Assembly: GCA_046757665.1 (NCBI GenBank)
Contig: JBHHYO010000008.1
Span: forward strand, 1,716-65,715
Source of the DNA: Nitrospinales bacterium
Lineage (GTDB): Bacteria; Nitrospinota; Nitrospinia; Nitrospinales; JAJDAT01
Reading direction: 5' to 3'
Length of the DNA stretch: 64,000 bases
Shown: positions 54,965 to 63,658 of the stretch, piece after piece
Layout: each line of letters begins with the position of its first letter
Position numbering within the stretch: the first letter of the stretch is position 1
Made by a program: the position numbers and the translations under genes
Notes under the pieces: generated by a model
What the model was told of the DNA's origin: nothing
Databases searched by the model: none
Seen by the model: the letters and a program-made list of their open reading frames with translations, nothing else

Positions 54965-56401
54965 TCAACCGGCGCGCAGGGTGGTGACGAAGTTGTCCAG
55001 TTTTTCCTGGGCGTAAAAATCGCGGGCATAACGGATGGCTTTTCCCCTGTCCGCAAACTTTTCCACGTGGACTTTGTACAGCAGGCTTCGGCCTTTTTTG
55101 ACCGGGGTGAGAAAAGCGCGGTAGCCCTTGCGTGAAAGCTTGCCGATCATATCCCTGGCAAACGCCTTGTTCTCATAGGCTCCCACCTGGACGGTGTAAA
55201 GGATGGTCTGCGGTTTGCTCGCGAAATCAGGTTTGGCGGCGGGTTGCGGTTTGGCGACGGCTTGCGGTTTGGCGATGCGCACGGGTTTGAGCGCGGCGGT
55301 CTGGATGTTGCGCCGCCGGGTGACGGCGGGTTTTATCGCTGTCGCCGGTTCGATTTTGCCTATCGCCAATTGCGTTGGCCGGGGTTGTAAAAATGCGGCG
55401 GCGGGCTCGGGCCGCGACGCGGGATGAAGCACCGCCAGTTGGGTTTTGCGTGGCGGCTGGCCGGACGGGACGATCCCGGCAAATGACGCAGGACGCAAAA
55501 CGGCGGTTTGCGGCGCGTTCGACCTGGCGGATGATGCCGGGAAAACGGCTTTCGACACCGGAAGCGGCTCCGGGGTGGCGGACGGTACGGGCCGCGGGTT
55601 GGACGCCGGGCCACGCGCTTCGGCAATCGGCTGTCGGGCCTCGGGTTGCGCTTCTCTCACGACGGGGACGGGGCGGTCCTTAACGTCGCGGATATCCTTC
55701 GTGGCGGCGCTGACTACCATCAGCGAATCGAATTGCTCCTCCTTCTCCGCCAAATTGGGTTTCTTGACCAGGGCGGTCAGCTTGGTTGTCATTTTTTGCG
55801 TCATCCGGCGCAGGTTCAGTTTGTTCGTCACCAGGTGAATCGGCGCCAGCAGGGCGGATACGATGCCGGTGGGAATTTTGCCGATGCCGTCGAAATCGGT
55901 CTCGGTTTGATCGGCCATCCAGAGGATTTCTCCCGTCCGGGTGTCGGTCAGGGTCGCCGATACGCCCAGCTCGATGGAGGAGTGCAGGACGAAATAGGAG
56001 CGTTTCACCTTGGTCATGGTGCTGATCAGCACGGCGTCGGCCCCCAATATCTCTCCCATCTTGATGGGGCTGGTTTTGCTGAAGTCTTCGGGATTGGTCA
56101 GGCCATGTTGTTTCAGCAGGCCATCGACGACATAGCGTTCGAGCACGTGGAAGCGCGACTGTTTCAGGCTGGCGTACAGGTCGCGGCGGAGCAGGCGCGC
56201 GGCTTCTTTCTGGCCGGGTTCCGTCGTTCCCACCGGCAGGATGGCTACGGTGATGTTGCGGGAAAGGTGGTTCAGGTTTCCGGAGACCTTGGTGTGCAGA
56301 TTCGTGCCGCACCCGCCGCAAATCGCCGCGACTATCAATAGCAGTGCGCAAACGGCTCTCCGGCCTCGCGGGTCAGAATTTTTTTGAGGAATCGTCCACA
56401 T
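54965..56401 (-). CDS. lipoprotein-like protein: DUF799/LpoB-like N-domain, Pro/Ala-rich linker, C-terminal SPOR domain
   Basis: Signal-like N-terminus with AAICGGCG. VAILPV motif domain. Linker of about 180 aa rich in P/A/K. SPOR-like YTVQVGAYENKAFARDMIGKLSRKGYRAF..YKVHVEKF. Confidence 0.65.
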   Translation of the reverse strand: MWTIPQKNSDPRGRRAVCALLLIVAAICGGCGTNLHTKVSGNLNHLSRNITVAILPVGTTEPGQKEAARLLRRDLYASLKQSRFHVLERYVVDGLLKQHGLTNPEDFSKTSPIKMGEILGADAVLISTMTKVKRSYFVLHSSIELGVSATLTDTRTGEILWMADQTETDFDGIGKIPTGIVSALLAPIHLVTNKLNLRRMTQKMTTKLTALVKKPNLAEKEEQFDSLMVVSAATKDIRDVKDRPVPVVREAQPEARQPIAEARGPASNPRPVPSATPEPLPVSKAVFPASSARSNAPQTAVLRPASFAGIVPSGQPPRKTQLAVLHPASRPEPAAAFLQPRPTQLAIGKIEPATAIKPAVTRRRNIQTAALKPVRIAKPQAVAKPQPAAKPDFASKPQTILYTVQVGAYENKAFARDMIGKLSRKGYRAFLTPVKKGRSLLYKVHVEKFADRGKAIRYARDFYAQEKLDNFVTTLRAG

Positions 56402-57392
56402 ATTGTACCTGCGTCAGGTTTTGTAAAGGTTCCAGGGTCAGGGTAGCGCCCTTGTAAACTTTTTTGCTGATCAGGCCCCGTTGGTCCGTCAGGCGGCCGA
56501 TGATCAGGGCATCGGTAACCCGGTCTTCCGGCAACACGTTATAGGCGCCCGCGTAAACCCCCGGGCGAATCTCCTCCAGCGGCAACATGGTTTTCCAGTT
56601 GCCGATGTCATACGAAGCTTTCAGGCCCGGAAATCCCAGCAGGGTGACTTTGAGGACGTTGCCGGGCTTTAATGCCCGGCCGGCCTGGAGATTTGTTTGC
56701 ATCCGGGAGATAACCGGCGGACGGATTACGGTTTTCCGCGAACCGGCGGGATCGGGAATTTCCTTGAGAACGTTGATGGAAAATTCTTCCGCAACCTTGT
56801 AATACGCTTGCTGAGTCTTGACGTTTTCCAATTGCTGTTGAACGATGTGCGCCAGGGTCAGGCTGGCTATGCTGGATTGGTCCCGCTGGCTGTGCTCCGT
56901 TTCCCAAGGGGTCTCTCCGGTGTGCAGGTCGATCATTTGCAGTCGCGCCTGGATGCGCGTTTCGGCGTAAATGCCGCCGGTAAAATTGTTGGCGGCCAGG
57001 ACATGGCCCTTGACGACCGCGTCAACCCCCAGCAGTTCCTTGAGGGTTTCCGGGGACAGGCCGGCAATGCGGGCCGGGTCGGTGTATCCGGCGTCCTTCA
57101 ACTTCCGGTCAACCTGCGCCGCCGGCAGGTCCGCGTATCCCAGATAGCTGAAATAGGTGTAAAACACCTCGCGCAAAATGGCGTTTGGTTTCTCCGGCGA
57201 ATTTTCCTCCTCGACAATGGTGAAAGGGAGGACGGCCACTTCGTAGGGATTGAAATCCTTGCGGACGTAAGAACCGCTGTTGATATTTTTGTGGACCTTG
57301 ACTTCGGCGCCGCCGCAACCCGCCAGGATGAGGGCGCAGACCACTGCCGGTCCCAGGGCACGCGCGGGCAACGACGCAAGACGTTTCATCAT
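56373..57392 (-). CDS. lipoprotein, DUF799/LpoB-like (VAVLPF motif) with extra C-terminal domain
   Basis: ATG 57392 (MMKRLAS). Canonical lipobox LILAGC. VAVLPFTIVEEE..GVDAVVKGHV. 29-nt overlap with the downstream gene. Confidence 0.6.
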   Translation of the reverse strand: MMKRLASLPARALGPAVVCALILAGCGGAEVKVHKNINSGSYVRKDFNPYEVAVLPFTIVEEENSPEKPNAILREVFYTYFSYLGYADLPAAQVDRKLKDAGYTDPARIAGLSPETLKELLGVDAVVKGHVLAANNFTGGIYAETRIQARLQMIDLHTGETPWETEHSQRDQSSIASLTLAHIVQQQLENVKTQQAYYKVAEEFSINVLKEIPDPAGSRKTVIRPPVISRMQTNLQAGRALKPGNVLKVTLLGFPGLKASYDIGNWKTMLPLEEIRPGVYAGAYNVLPEDRVTDALIIGRLTDQRGLISKKVYKGATLTLEPLQNLTQVQYVDDSSKKF

Positions 57393-57845
57393 GTTGGCAA
57401 ACCGGTTCCGGATGTGCATACACCGAGGTTGCAAGGCCGCGCTCAGCATTCTCCCGGCAGTTTGGGAAGACAGCGCGGTGGCTTTAAGGTTCTACAAAAA
57501 ACAGAAAGTTTTTTGCCGCCCCTTGCCGGGCGAGCGAAAAAAATATATTAAATATTAGCATAATTGTCAATAATTTAAATGAATTAGATTAAATTTATTG
57601 CCTGCGGACGAAGGGCGGCGCCCCTGCGGGCGGCACTCCCGCCGGAGGGAGATTCCGATTGACCACGGGAGAGCTTCATGCTAATTTTTTCTGGCCCGGC
57701 GTGACGGTCTGTTGGCCGCATTTCTTCGAACCGGATGTAATAAAATCGGTTTCCCAGCGACATCTTATGCGGCCACTTGCAAGCGGCGCCGGTTTTGCCG
57801 GTTTTGAATTTCGCGTTTTTTTTGAACTCTCGGATAACCGGGATT

Positions 57846-57854
57846 TGTTATAAT
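57846..57854 (+). promoter_or_regulatory. extended -10 promoter candidate (TGTTATAAT)
   Basis: TG-N-TATAAT at 57846-57854. No good -35. Lies 97 nt upstream of mlaC. Confidence 0.25.
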
Positions 57855-57950
57855 AAATGCGCGATGTGACTTTCGGGAAAAATCTCATTAACCGGTTTTT
57901 CAGCAACCCGTTAAGATATCTTGGGCGCAACTTTTTTCAGGAGTACGACA

Positions 57951-58562
57951 ATGAAGAGGATCAACTTTCGCTGGATTGTTCCGGCACTCATCTTATTTCT
58001 TGTAACGGTTTGGTGGACTCCGGCGCAGGCCCGCGCCGCAACGGCTACCGACACTCTCAAAAAGGCTACGGACCAGGTTATCGACATTGTTACCAGCGCG
58101 AAATACAAAAAAGACAAGAAACTGCGGCGAGCCATGTTGCACGATGTCATCGATCCCCTCTTCAGCTACGAGCAAATGAGTATGCGCTCGCTGGCCAAGA
58201 ACTGGAAACAGAGAACTCCCAGCGAAAAGCAGGAATTCGTCAAGCTGTTCAGCAACTTGCTGGAGAACTCCTATGCGAGCAAACTCGAGTCGTACAGCAA
58301 CGAAACCATCAATTACCTGGGAGAAAAGGTCAAGGGCAAATACGCCATGGTCAAAACGGAAATCGCGCGGCCCGACGGGTCAATCGCCGTCGATTACAAG
58401 TTCATCAAGCACAAGGACAGTTGGAAAGTTTACGATTTCGTCATCGAGGGTGTCAGCATGATCCGGAACTACCGGTCGCAGTTCAACCGGATCATCAAAA
58501 AGGATTCCTACGAAGCGTTGCGGAACAAGCTGAACGGCAAGATTCGGGATATCGAGAGTTAA
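57951..58562 (+). CDS. mlaC: MlaC/Ttg2D phospholipid-binding periplasmic protein
   Basis: ATG 57951 with RBS CAGGAG. Signal peptide. SWKVYDFVIEGVSMIRNYRSQFNRII signature. Confidence 0.8.
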   Translation: MKRINFRWIVPALILFLVTVWWTPAQARAATATDTLKKATDQVIDIVTSAKYKKDKKLRRAMLHDVIDPLFSYEQMSMRSLAKNWKQRTPSEKQEFVKLFSNLLENSYASKLESYSNETINYLGEKVKGKYAMVKTEIARPDGSIAVDYKFIKHKDSWKVYDFVIEGVSMIRNYRSQFNRIIKKDSYEALRNKLNGKIRDIES

Positions 58563-58629
58563 GGTTTGGAACGGAACCGTTTCCCACCCGCGTGTTGGTC
58601 CTGGATGAGCCACATTCCCCCCTCCCGCC

Positions 58630-59625
58630 ATGATTAAAAGCACGGCGCCCACCCGGATTGATCTTGCGGGGGGTACGCTGGATATTTGGCCGCTCTATTT
58701 ATTGCTGGACGGTTCTTCGACGCTCAACGCGGCCATCGACCTGTACGCTACCGTGGAGTTGCGTCCGAGAAGGGATCGGGCGATTTGCGTCGAGTCGCGG
58801 GATCTCGGGATCAGGGCGCGGTTTTCTTCTTTGCAGACTCTTCCTCAGGGCCATCCCCTGGACCTGATCATACAAACCCTGCGGTTCTATCGACCGGAAA
58901 GCGGACTGGACATTGTGACGGACTGCCAGGCGCCCGCGGGGTCGGGGATCGGCGGGTCGTCGGCGTTGGGCATCGCGCTGAACGGCGCGCTGAATCGACT
59001 GCTCCGGCATCCCCATCCGAGGAGCCGGCTGGTGGCGACCGCCAAGGACATCGAAACCCGGGTCATCGGCACGCCTACCGGATGGCAGGATTATTTCCCC
59101 GCGCTTTACGGCGGCGTACAGTCTGTGCGCCCGGGCGGGGCGGGGATGATGTCGGAAAAAATCGCCGTGGACCTGAAACAGTTGAGCTGGCGGTTTGTGC
59201 TGTGTTTTACGGGGAAACCGAGAAAATCGGGAATCAACAATTGGTCGGTGATGAAAAAAGCCCTGGACGGAAACCGCCGCGTTATGAACAAGCTGTCAAG
59301 AATCGCCTGCGTCACCCGCGAGATGGAGCGCGCCCTGTCGCAGGGCCGGATCGACGCGGTGGGCAAATGGTTTGATGCGGAATGGCGGGCGCGGCGCGCC
59401 CTGGCGCCCGGCATCAGTACGCCGGAGATGGATCGCCTGATTGCCTTGGCGCGGCGGCATGGCGCGGCGGCGGCCAAAACCTGCGGCGCCGGCGGCGGCG
59501 GATGCCTGGCGTTTTTTGTGCGCGAGGGCGCCCGGGACCGGGTTGCCGCCGCTTTGCGAAACCACGGCGCCCGCGTCCTCGACTTCCGCTTCGTCAGCCG
59601 CGGCCTGCGGGTCAGCCGGGCTTGA
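58630..59625 (+). CDS. GHMP-family sugar kinase (HddA/fucokinase-like)
   Basis: PTRIDLAGGTLDIWP, motif II PAGSGIGGSSA, motif III TCGAGGGGC. Confidence 0.8.
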   Translation: MIKSTAPTRIDLAGGTLDIWPLYLLLDGSSTLNAAIDLYATVELRPRRDRAICVESRDLGIRARFSSLQTLPQGHPLDLIIQTLRFYRPESGLDIVTDCQAPAGSGIGGSSALGIALNGALNRLLRHPHPRSRLVATAKDIETRVIGTPTGWQDYFPALYGGVQSVRPGGAGMMSEKIAVDLKQLSWRFVLCFTGKPRKSGINNWSVMKKALDGNRRVMNKLSRIACVTREMERALSQGRIDAVGKWFDAEWRARRALAPGISTPEMDRLIALARRHGAAAAKTCGAGGGGCLAFFVREGARDRVAAALRNHGARVLDFRFVSRGLRVSRA

Positions 59626-59635
59626 GGGTATTATA

Positions 59636-60142
59636 ATGTTGCCGACCATGCGCGGGCCTGCCCTCACCGAAGGCAACCGCCACACCCGAACGAAATGCGG
59701 CTGGCTCCGGGCGGCGCTGGCTCTGATGTTGTTGCCGGGTTTTCCGGTTTCCACCTGGGGCCAGGACCCCGCACCCACCGTGCCCTCCTACACCGCCGTT
59801 TTGACCAAGACGCTCAAGGAAAAACAGCCCGCGACGACATTTCACTGCCGGGATAAGGTTTTTCTTGCTTTCACCTGGCTGGGCTTGCGGGGAAGACATC
59901 AGGTGACGGCGCTTTGGTTCAACCCGCAGGGCCGGCAACAGGATCAGATTGATCTCGAATTTCTTGCCGAGCGGCCGAAAGTGGAAAATTGGGTGGCTCT
60001 GGCGTTTCGCGACACGCCGGGTCCGGAAATCCCGTTCCTGCCCGACGTTTTTTTCACCAACTTGAGCGGCGACTGGCAGGTGAAAATTCTGCTGGACGGA
60101 AATTTTCTGGAAACGCAGGAATTCCGCGTGCATTGCGGTTAA
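59636..60142 (+). CDS. hypothetical secreted protein
   Basis: ATG 59636 inside ORF 59441-60142. Signal-like WLRAALALMLLPGFPVSTWG. 168 aa. No family recognised. Confidence 0.5.
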   Translation: MLPTMRGPALTEGNRHTRTKCGWLRAALALMLLPGFPVSTWGQDPAPTVPSYTAVLTKTLKEKQPATTFHCRDKVFLAFTWLGLRGRHQVTALWFNPQGRQQDQIDLEFLAERPKVENWVALAFRDTPGPEIPFLPDVFFTNLSGDWQVKILLDGNFLETQEFRVHCG

Positions 60143-60232
60143 CCATCGGGTGCGGCGAAAACGGCGCATAAAAAATAAGCCCGACTCTTAAACTTTCGCC
60201 CAAAAGCTCCGTTACGTTTTTATATATCCGTT

Positions 60233-60793
60233 ATGAGACCACAAAAGCGAAAACTCATTCTGTTTGTCGGCGTTCTGGCCGGGATTGCCGGTCTGGCCGG
60301 AGTGGAGGATACCGCCGCCCGGCAACGCGAACCCTCCTATGAAGTCAAAAAAGTCAGGGTCGAGAAAAATATTCTTTTTGACGACCGGACTCTCGCCCCG
60401 GTCGTGGACCTGAGGGGAGGGATGAAGATGACTCCCGGAATCATGGAATTGCTGGTGGCGGAAGTCGAGGGATTTTACTCCTCGCACGGGCATTTCCTGG
60501 TCAGGGCCGAAATTCCCCAAAAAAAGCCCCGCAGAGGGGTGCTGAAACTACAGGTGAATGAAACCGACGACATTCTGGCGGGCAACGGCGAAAGGGAACG
60601 GGCAAAACGGGAGGTGGAAAAATTAATTCGCTCCGCCCGGCTGAAGATCGACGAGGCAAGAAAAAACGAAGTGATCGAACAACTGGCGCGGGGCTATCGG
60701 ACCCTTCGTCTCGCCAAGGCGGCGGCGCGGCAAGCGGCGGAGCAGGCCAAATCCTCCGTCAAGCAACCGGGTGCGGAGGCCAGGGGCGAATAG
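60233..60793 (+). CDS. stand-alone POTRA-like domain protein with basic coiled-coil tail (putative)
   Basis: Signal or TM segment, then VKKVRVEKNILFDDRTLAPVVDL..ELLVAEVEGFYSSHGHFLVRAEIPQ..GVLKLQVNE, resembling the ShlB/FhaC POTRA. No beta-barrel follows. Confidence 0.4.
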   Translation: MRPQKRKLILFVGVLAGIAGLAGVEDTAARQREPSYEVKKVRVEKNILFDDRTLAPVVDLRGGMKMTPGIMELLVAEVEGFYSSHGHFLVRAEIPQKKPRRGVLKLQVNETDDILAGNGERERAKREVEKLIRSARLKIDEARKNEVIEQLARGYRTLRLAKAAARQAAEQAKSSVKQPGAEARGE

Positions 60794-60837
60794 GCCGCGT
60801 TGACCCCTGCCGGCAGACCGGGAGCCGCGAGGAGATA

Positions 60838-61347
60838 TCAGCGACGTCTTCCGCGAGAAGAGTTACCTTTGTCAACGGGCCCCTTGCGGCACAGTCTCGT
60901 GGAGCCGAAACTGTATTCTTCCGCCATCAACAATTTGCCTTCCGTCAAATCCAGACGCGGCCGGCGGGTCGAAGTGTCCCCGGTCGTCCACATGGTTTTG
61001 AATGCTCCTTCGGGAAAGGCGGGGTCCAGATGCAGGGTCACGCCGCCCTTGCCGGGGTTCTCCCGGGTTTTGTCAAAAAGAGTTTTCGCTTCATCGGGCG
61101 TCGGCAGACGCCAATCGTCGAAGCCCCCGACAGACCGCATGTTTTTGGTTTCGACGTAATCTCTGGCTTCATGCCAGTTGAGAAACTTGCCTTTATCCTG
61201 CCAGGAATCTTTTTTCAGCCAGTAGATGCCGGTTTGCGTATCGAGAATTGCCTGGGGACCTTGTTCGACGAAGCGTTTTGGCGCCTCGTCTTCGATTTTT
61301 TCCGGCTGGGCGGAAGGCCCCCCGGTGGTTTGCGGTACTTCGCTCAT
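60838..61347 (-). CDS. DUF1566 (Lcl C-terminal domain) protein
   Basis: GIYWLKKDSW..LNWHEARDYVE..GGFDDWRLPTPDEAKTLF. No signal peptide. 169 aa. Confidence 0.75.
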   Translation of the reverse strand: MSEVPQTTGGPSAQPEKIEDEAPKRFVEQGPQAILDTQTGIYWLKKDSWQDKGKFLNWHEARDYVETKNMRSVGGFDDWRLPTPDEAKTLFDKTRENPGKGGVTLHLDPAFPEGAFKTMWTTGDTSTRRPRLDLTEGKLLMAEEYSFGSTRLCRKGPVDKGNSSRGRRR

Positions 61348-61398
61348 GAACGGGTTCCCCTTTTTTGGGTTGCGGTTTAACGGTTTCTCGGGCCGGGA

Positions 61399-61617
61399 CT
61401 ATTCGCCCGTGTAACCGATCTCTGCGTTGCCTTCATCGACATTGACAATGACCGGGACCACGTATTTGCCGTTGGAGAATTGCAACATTTTTTCGAGGGC
61501 TCCGGGGACGCTGTCGACATCGACGAACAGGAAGGGTTTGCCCTGCCGGGTAAAGTCGTCGCGGGCTTTTTGCGTATGTTGGCAATCTTTTTTTCCGTAG
61601 ATCATGTAATGGTTCAT
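61399..61617 (-). CDS. glutaredoxin-fold small protein with degenerate active site
   Basis: ATG 61617 with RBS AGGAG. MIYGKKDCQHTQKARDDF..VVPVIV fits a Grx/NrdH fold, but has CQHT where CPYC is expected. 72 aa. Confidence 0.5.
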   Translation of the reverse strand: MNHYMIYGKKDCQHTQKARDDFTRQGKPFLFVDVDSVPGALEKMLQFSNGKYVVPVIVNVDEGNAEIGYTGE

Positions 61618-61660
61618 TGTCGCTCCTTTTGCGGGCTCGGGCGTCATGCGCCCGCGTGGC

Positions 61661-62290
61661 TCAGCCCTCGAATTTCCGGGTGCCCTGCCGCCATGCGGGT
61701 TCGTAGTCTTCCTTGGTGTCATTCCGAACGGGGCGCACGTGGGAGTATTCGTTGTCCTTGTTTTCCCAGATTTCGTTGCCGGTGACATAGCTGAACTTCA
61801 TGGCGTACTGGGTGTAGTCGGGTTTTTCCTCATAGGTCCAGGTATTGTGGCCGCCGCCGGGTTCGAAAAACGGGTTGATATGAATTTCGGCGCCGTCCTT
61901 GTCCCGGTTCGACTGGTCGAAGGAGAACAGCATTTTGGACTCCTCGAAACCGGGAAGCCGCCAATCGTCGAATCCGGCGAAGGATTTTTCATTCAGGCTT
62001 TCGCAATAGTCGTTGGCCTCGAACCAGTTGATGCCATAACCGAATTCATGAAAGGAGTCTGCCTTGGCCCACATGAGCTTGTGGCGGGTGTCGCTGATGG
62101 TGCCGTCGCCGTTGTCCACGAACGTCGGGATTTCCGGTTCGACGACGGTTTCTTCGTCCTCCGGTTCGTCGCCCCACTCCTCGCCTATCCATTCCTCGGT
62201 TTCGAGGCTTTCATCAACGTCGTCGAGAGAGGGCGCGGGTTCCTTCTCTAAACGTTCCGGGTCTTTTTCATTCGGGTCGTTGGTGGACAT
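61661..62290 (-). CDS. DUF1566 (Lcl C-terminal domain) protein with acidic N-terminal tail
   Basis: ATG 62290 with RBS AGGAG. KLMWAKADSF..INWFEANDYCE..AGFDDWRLPGFEESKMLF. About 60 aa of Asp/Glu-rich N-tail. Confidence 0.75.
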   Translation of the reverse strand: MSTNDPNEKDPERLEKEPAPSLDDVDESLETEEWIGEEWGDEPEDEETVVEPEIPTFVDNGDGTISDTRHKLMWAKADSFHEFGYGINWFEANDYCESLNEKSFAGFDDWRLPGFEESKMLFSFDQSNRDKDGAEIHINPFFEPGGGHNTWTYEEKPDYTQYAMKFSYVTGNEIWENKDNEYSHVRPVRNDTKEDYEPAWRQGTRKFEG

Positions 62291-62353
62291 GTTGAATCTC
62301 CTTGCTCCGCCGCCGGCGCCGCCGGGGGTTTGCGCCAAAAGGTATCGCGGTTG

Positions 62354-62809
62354 TTACAGGTCCCGCACCAGCCGCACGGAGGTTCCCGTGGTCGACACTT
62401 GTTGATCTACGCAGATTTCCCTTGGATTGGGAAAGTAAGATTTCCAGGCGAAGGACCCATGCCGGGTCTCGCCGGTCCAGTAGCTCAACTCTCCGCCTTG
62501 GCGGTAGTTCGAAACCTTGCGCTCGGCCTGCGCCGGCAGGTTCAGGAATATTTGCCGAAACGCTTCCTTCATTCCGAACAATCCGCGCAATTCGCTTTTT
62601 GTCGGTAATCTCCAATCATTATACCCCAGATAATTCTGTTCGTTGCAAGCTTTCATGTAAGCGTTGGCTTCGTTCCAGTTCAACCATTTTCCCAGTTCCT
62701 GGCGCGAGTCTTTTTTGCACCAAAGCAGGTCCGCCTCCAGATCGACAATAGTCCCGTCGCCGTTGTCCTTGAAATACTCCTCAAAGTCCGACACCGCTTT
62801 TTGCTCCAT
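62354..62809 (-). CDS. DUF1566 (Lcl C-terminal domain) protein
   Basis: DLLWCKKDS..LNWNEANAYMK..LGYNDWRLPTKSELRGLF. 151 aa. No signal peptide. Confidence 0.75.
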   Translation of the reverse strand: MEQKAVSDFEEYFKDNGDGTIVDLEADLLWCKKDSRQELGKWLNWNEANAYMKACNEQNYLGYNDWRLPTKSELRGLFGMKEAFRQIFLNLPAQAERKVSNYRQGGELSYWTGETRHGSFAWKSYFPNPREICVDQQVSTTGTSVRLVRDL

Positions 62810-62841
62810 GAAGGTTCGACAGTCGGGTTGCGAAAATAAAA

Positions 62842-62868
62842 AAGCCGGGGGGTGAAGCCCCCCGGCTT
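62842..62868 (-). terminator. rho-independent terminator after 62896-63387
   Basis: Stem GCCGGGGGG (62844-62852) / CCCCCCGGC (62858-62866), 5-nt loop. On the minus strand it is followed by TTTTTATTTT. Confidence 0.65.
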
Positions 62869-62895
62869 ATTATTGAAATTCAGAGTGTACTCGGC

Positions 62896-63387
62896 TTATC
62901 TTTTGTACTCGGGTTTTTCCCCTTGAGTGCCGAAAAGCCCTCTTTCATAACCCGGCTCCAAACCCAGCCCGGGTTCGATGTAGGTGGAAGGCCGGACATG
63001 ATCCAGATGGTAGTTGGGCTGATAGGTTTTTCCTGACCCGGCATCGATCTTCCAGTCGTGGCTGTCGAATCGTTTGCGCTGGCAGTTTACCTGAATGTCC
63101 CCCGGTCCTTTGTTGCTGATAGAGGATTTTACCGCGATGGCATTTGTTTGAAAACCACCCGGAGGCAGGGTTCGATTCCATACCTTATCCCAAGCGTAGG
63201 CGTACGGGCCAATGTCAAACTGGATGGAAGTTTCCGAGTCTTCGCTGAGGTTGTACACAACCCAGGAAGCGTTTTCGCATGTGGTCTGTCCTCCGGGCTT
63301 GACGATAGACACGTTGGCGCTGGCCAACGTCGAGAAAGCCAAAAGAACCAGTGCCGCAAAAATGATGGTACTTGTTTTTTTAATCAT
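62896..63387 (-). CDS. hypothetical secreted protein
   Basis: Strong RBS GGGGGAGGA. Signal peptide MIKKTSTIIFAALVLLAFSTLASA. 163 aa. No family recognised. Confidence 0.6.
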   Translation of the reverse strand: MIKKTSTIIFAALVLLAFSTLASANVSIVKPGGQTTCENASWVVYNLSEDSETSIQFDIGPYAYAWDKVWNRTLPPGGFQTNAIAVKSSISNKGPGDIQVNCQRKRFDSHDWKIDAGSGKTYQPNYHLDHVRPSTYIEPGLGLEPGYERGLFGTQGEKPEYKR

Positions 63388-63658
63388 GTCCTCCCCCTTT
63401 CAAAAATGGATATTTCGAACCTATAAGTTGCGAGATATTCCGCTAAAAATCATTGTTGTTGAAAAGGTTTTCCCCCGGCGGTGTTTTTTGTTCTCCAACC
63501 GTTTGTTGGCGCGCGCCGGGGTTATTTAGTGGAATATCAGAACCCCCGCTATAAGTCAAGCCTAAATTTAACCCTGCCGGAAATATAACTTAACTCCTTT
63601 TTTTACAACATATTAAACGGTAAGAATTTCGGCCATTCGGCATCAGAAAAACGGGCTG

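Noticed and set aside
60838-62809. Diversity-generating retroelement targeting the DUF1566 genes
   Set aside because: There is no reverse transcriptase or accessory gene. I saw no template/variable repeat pair with adenine-specific differences in or near these genes.
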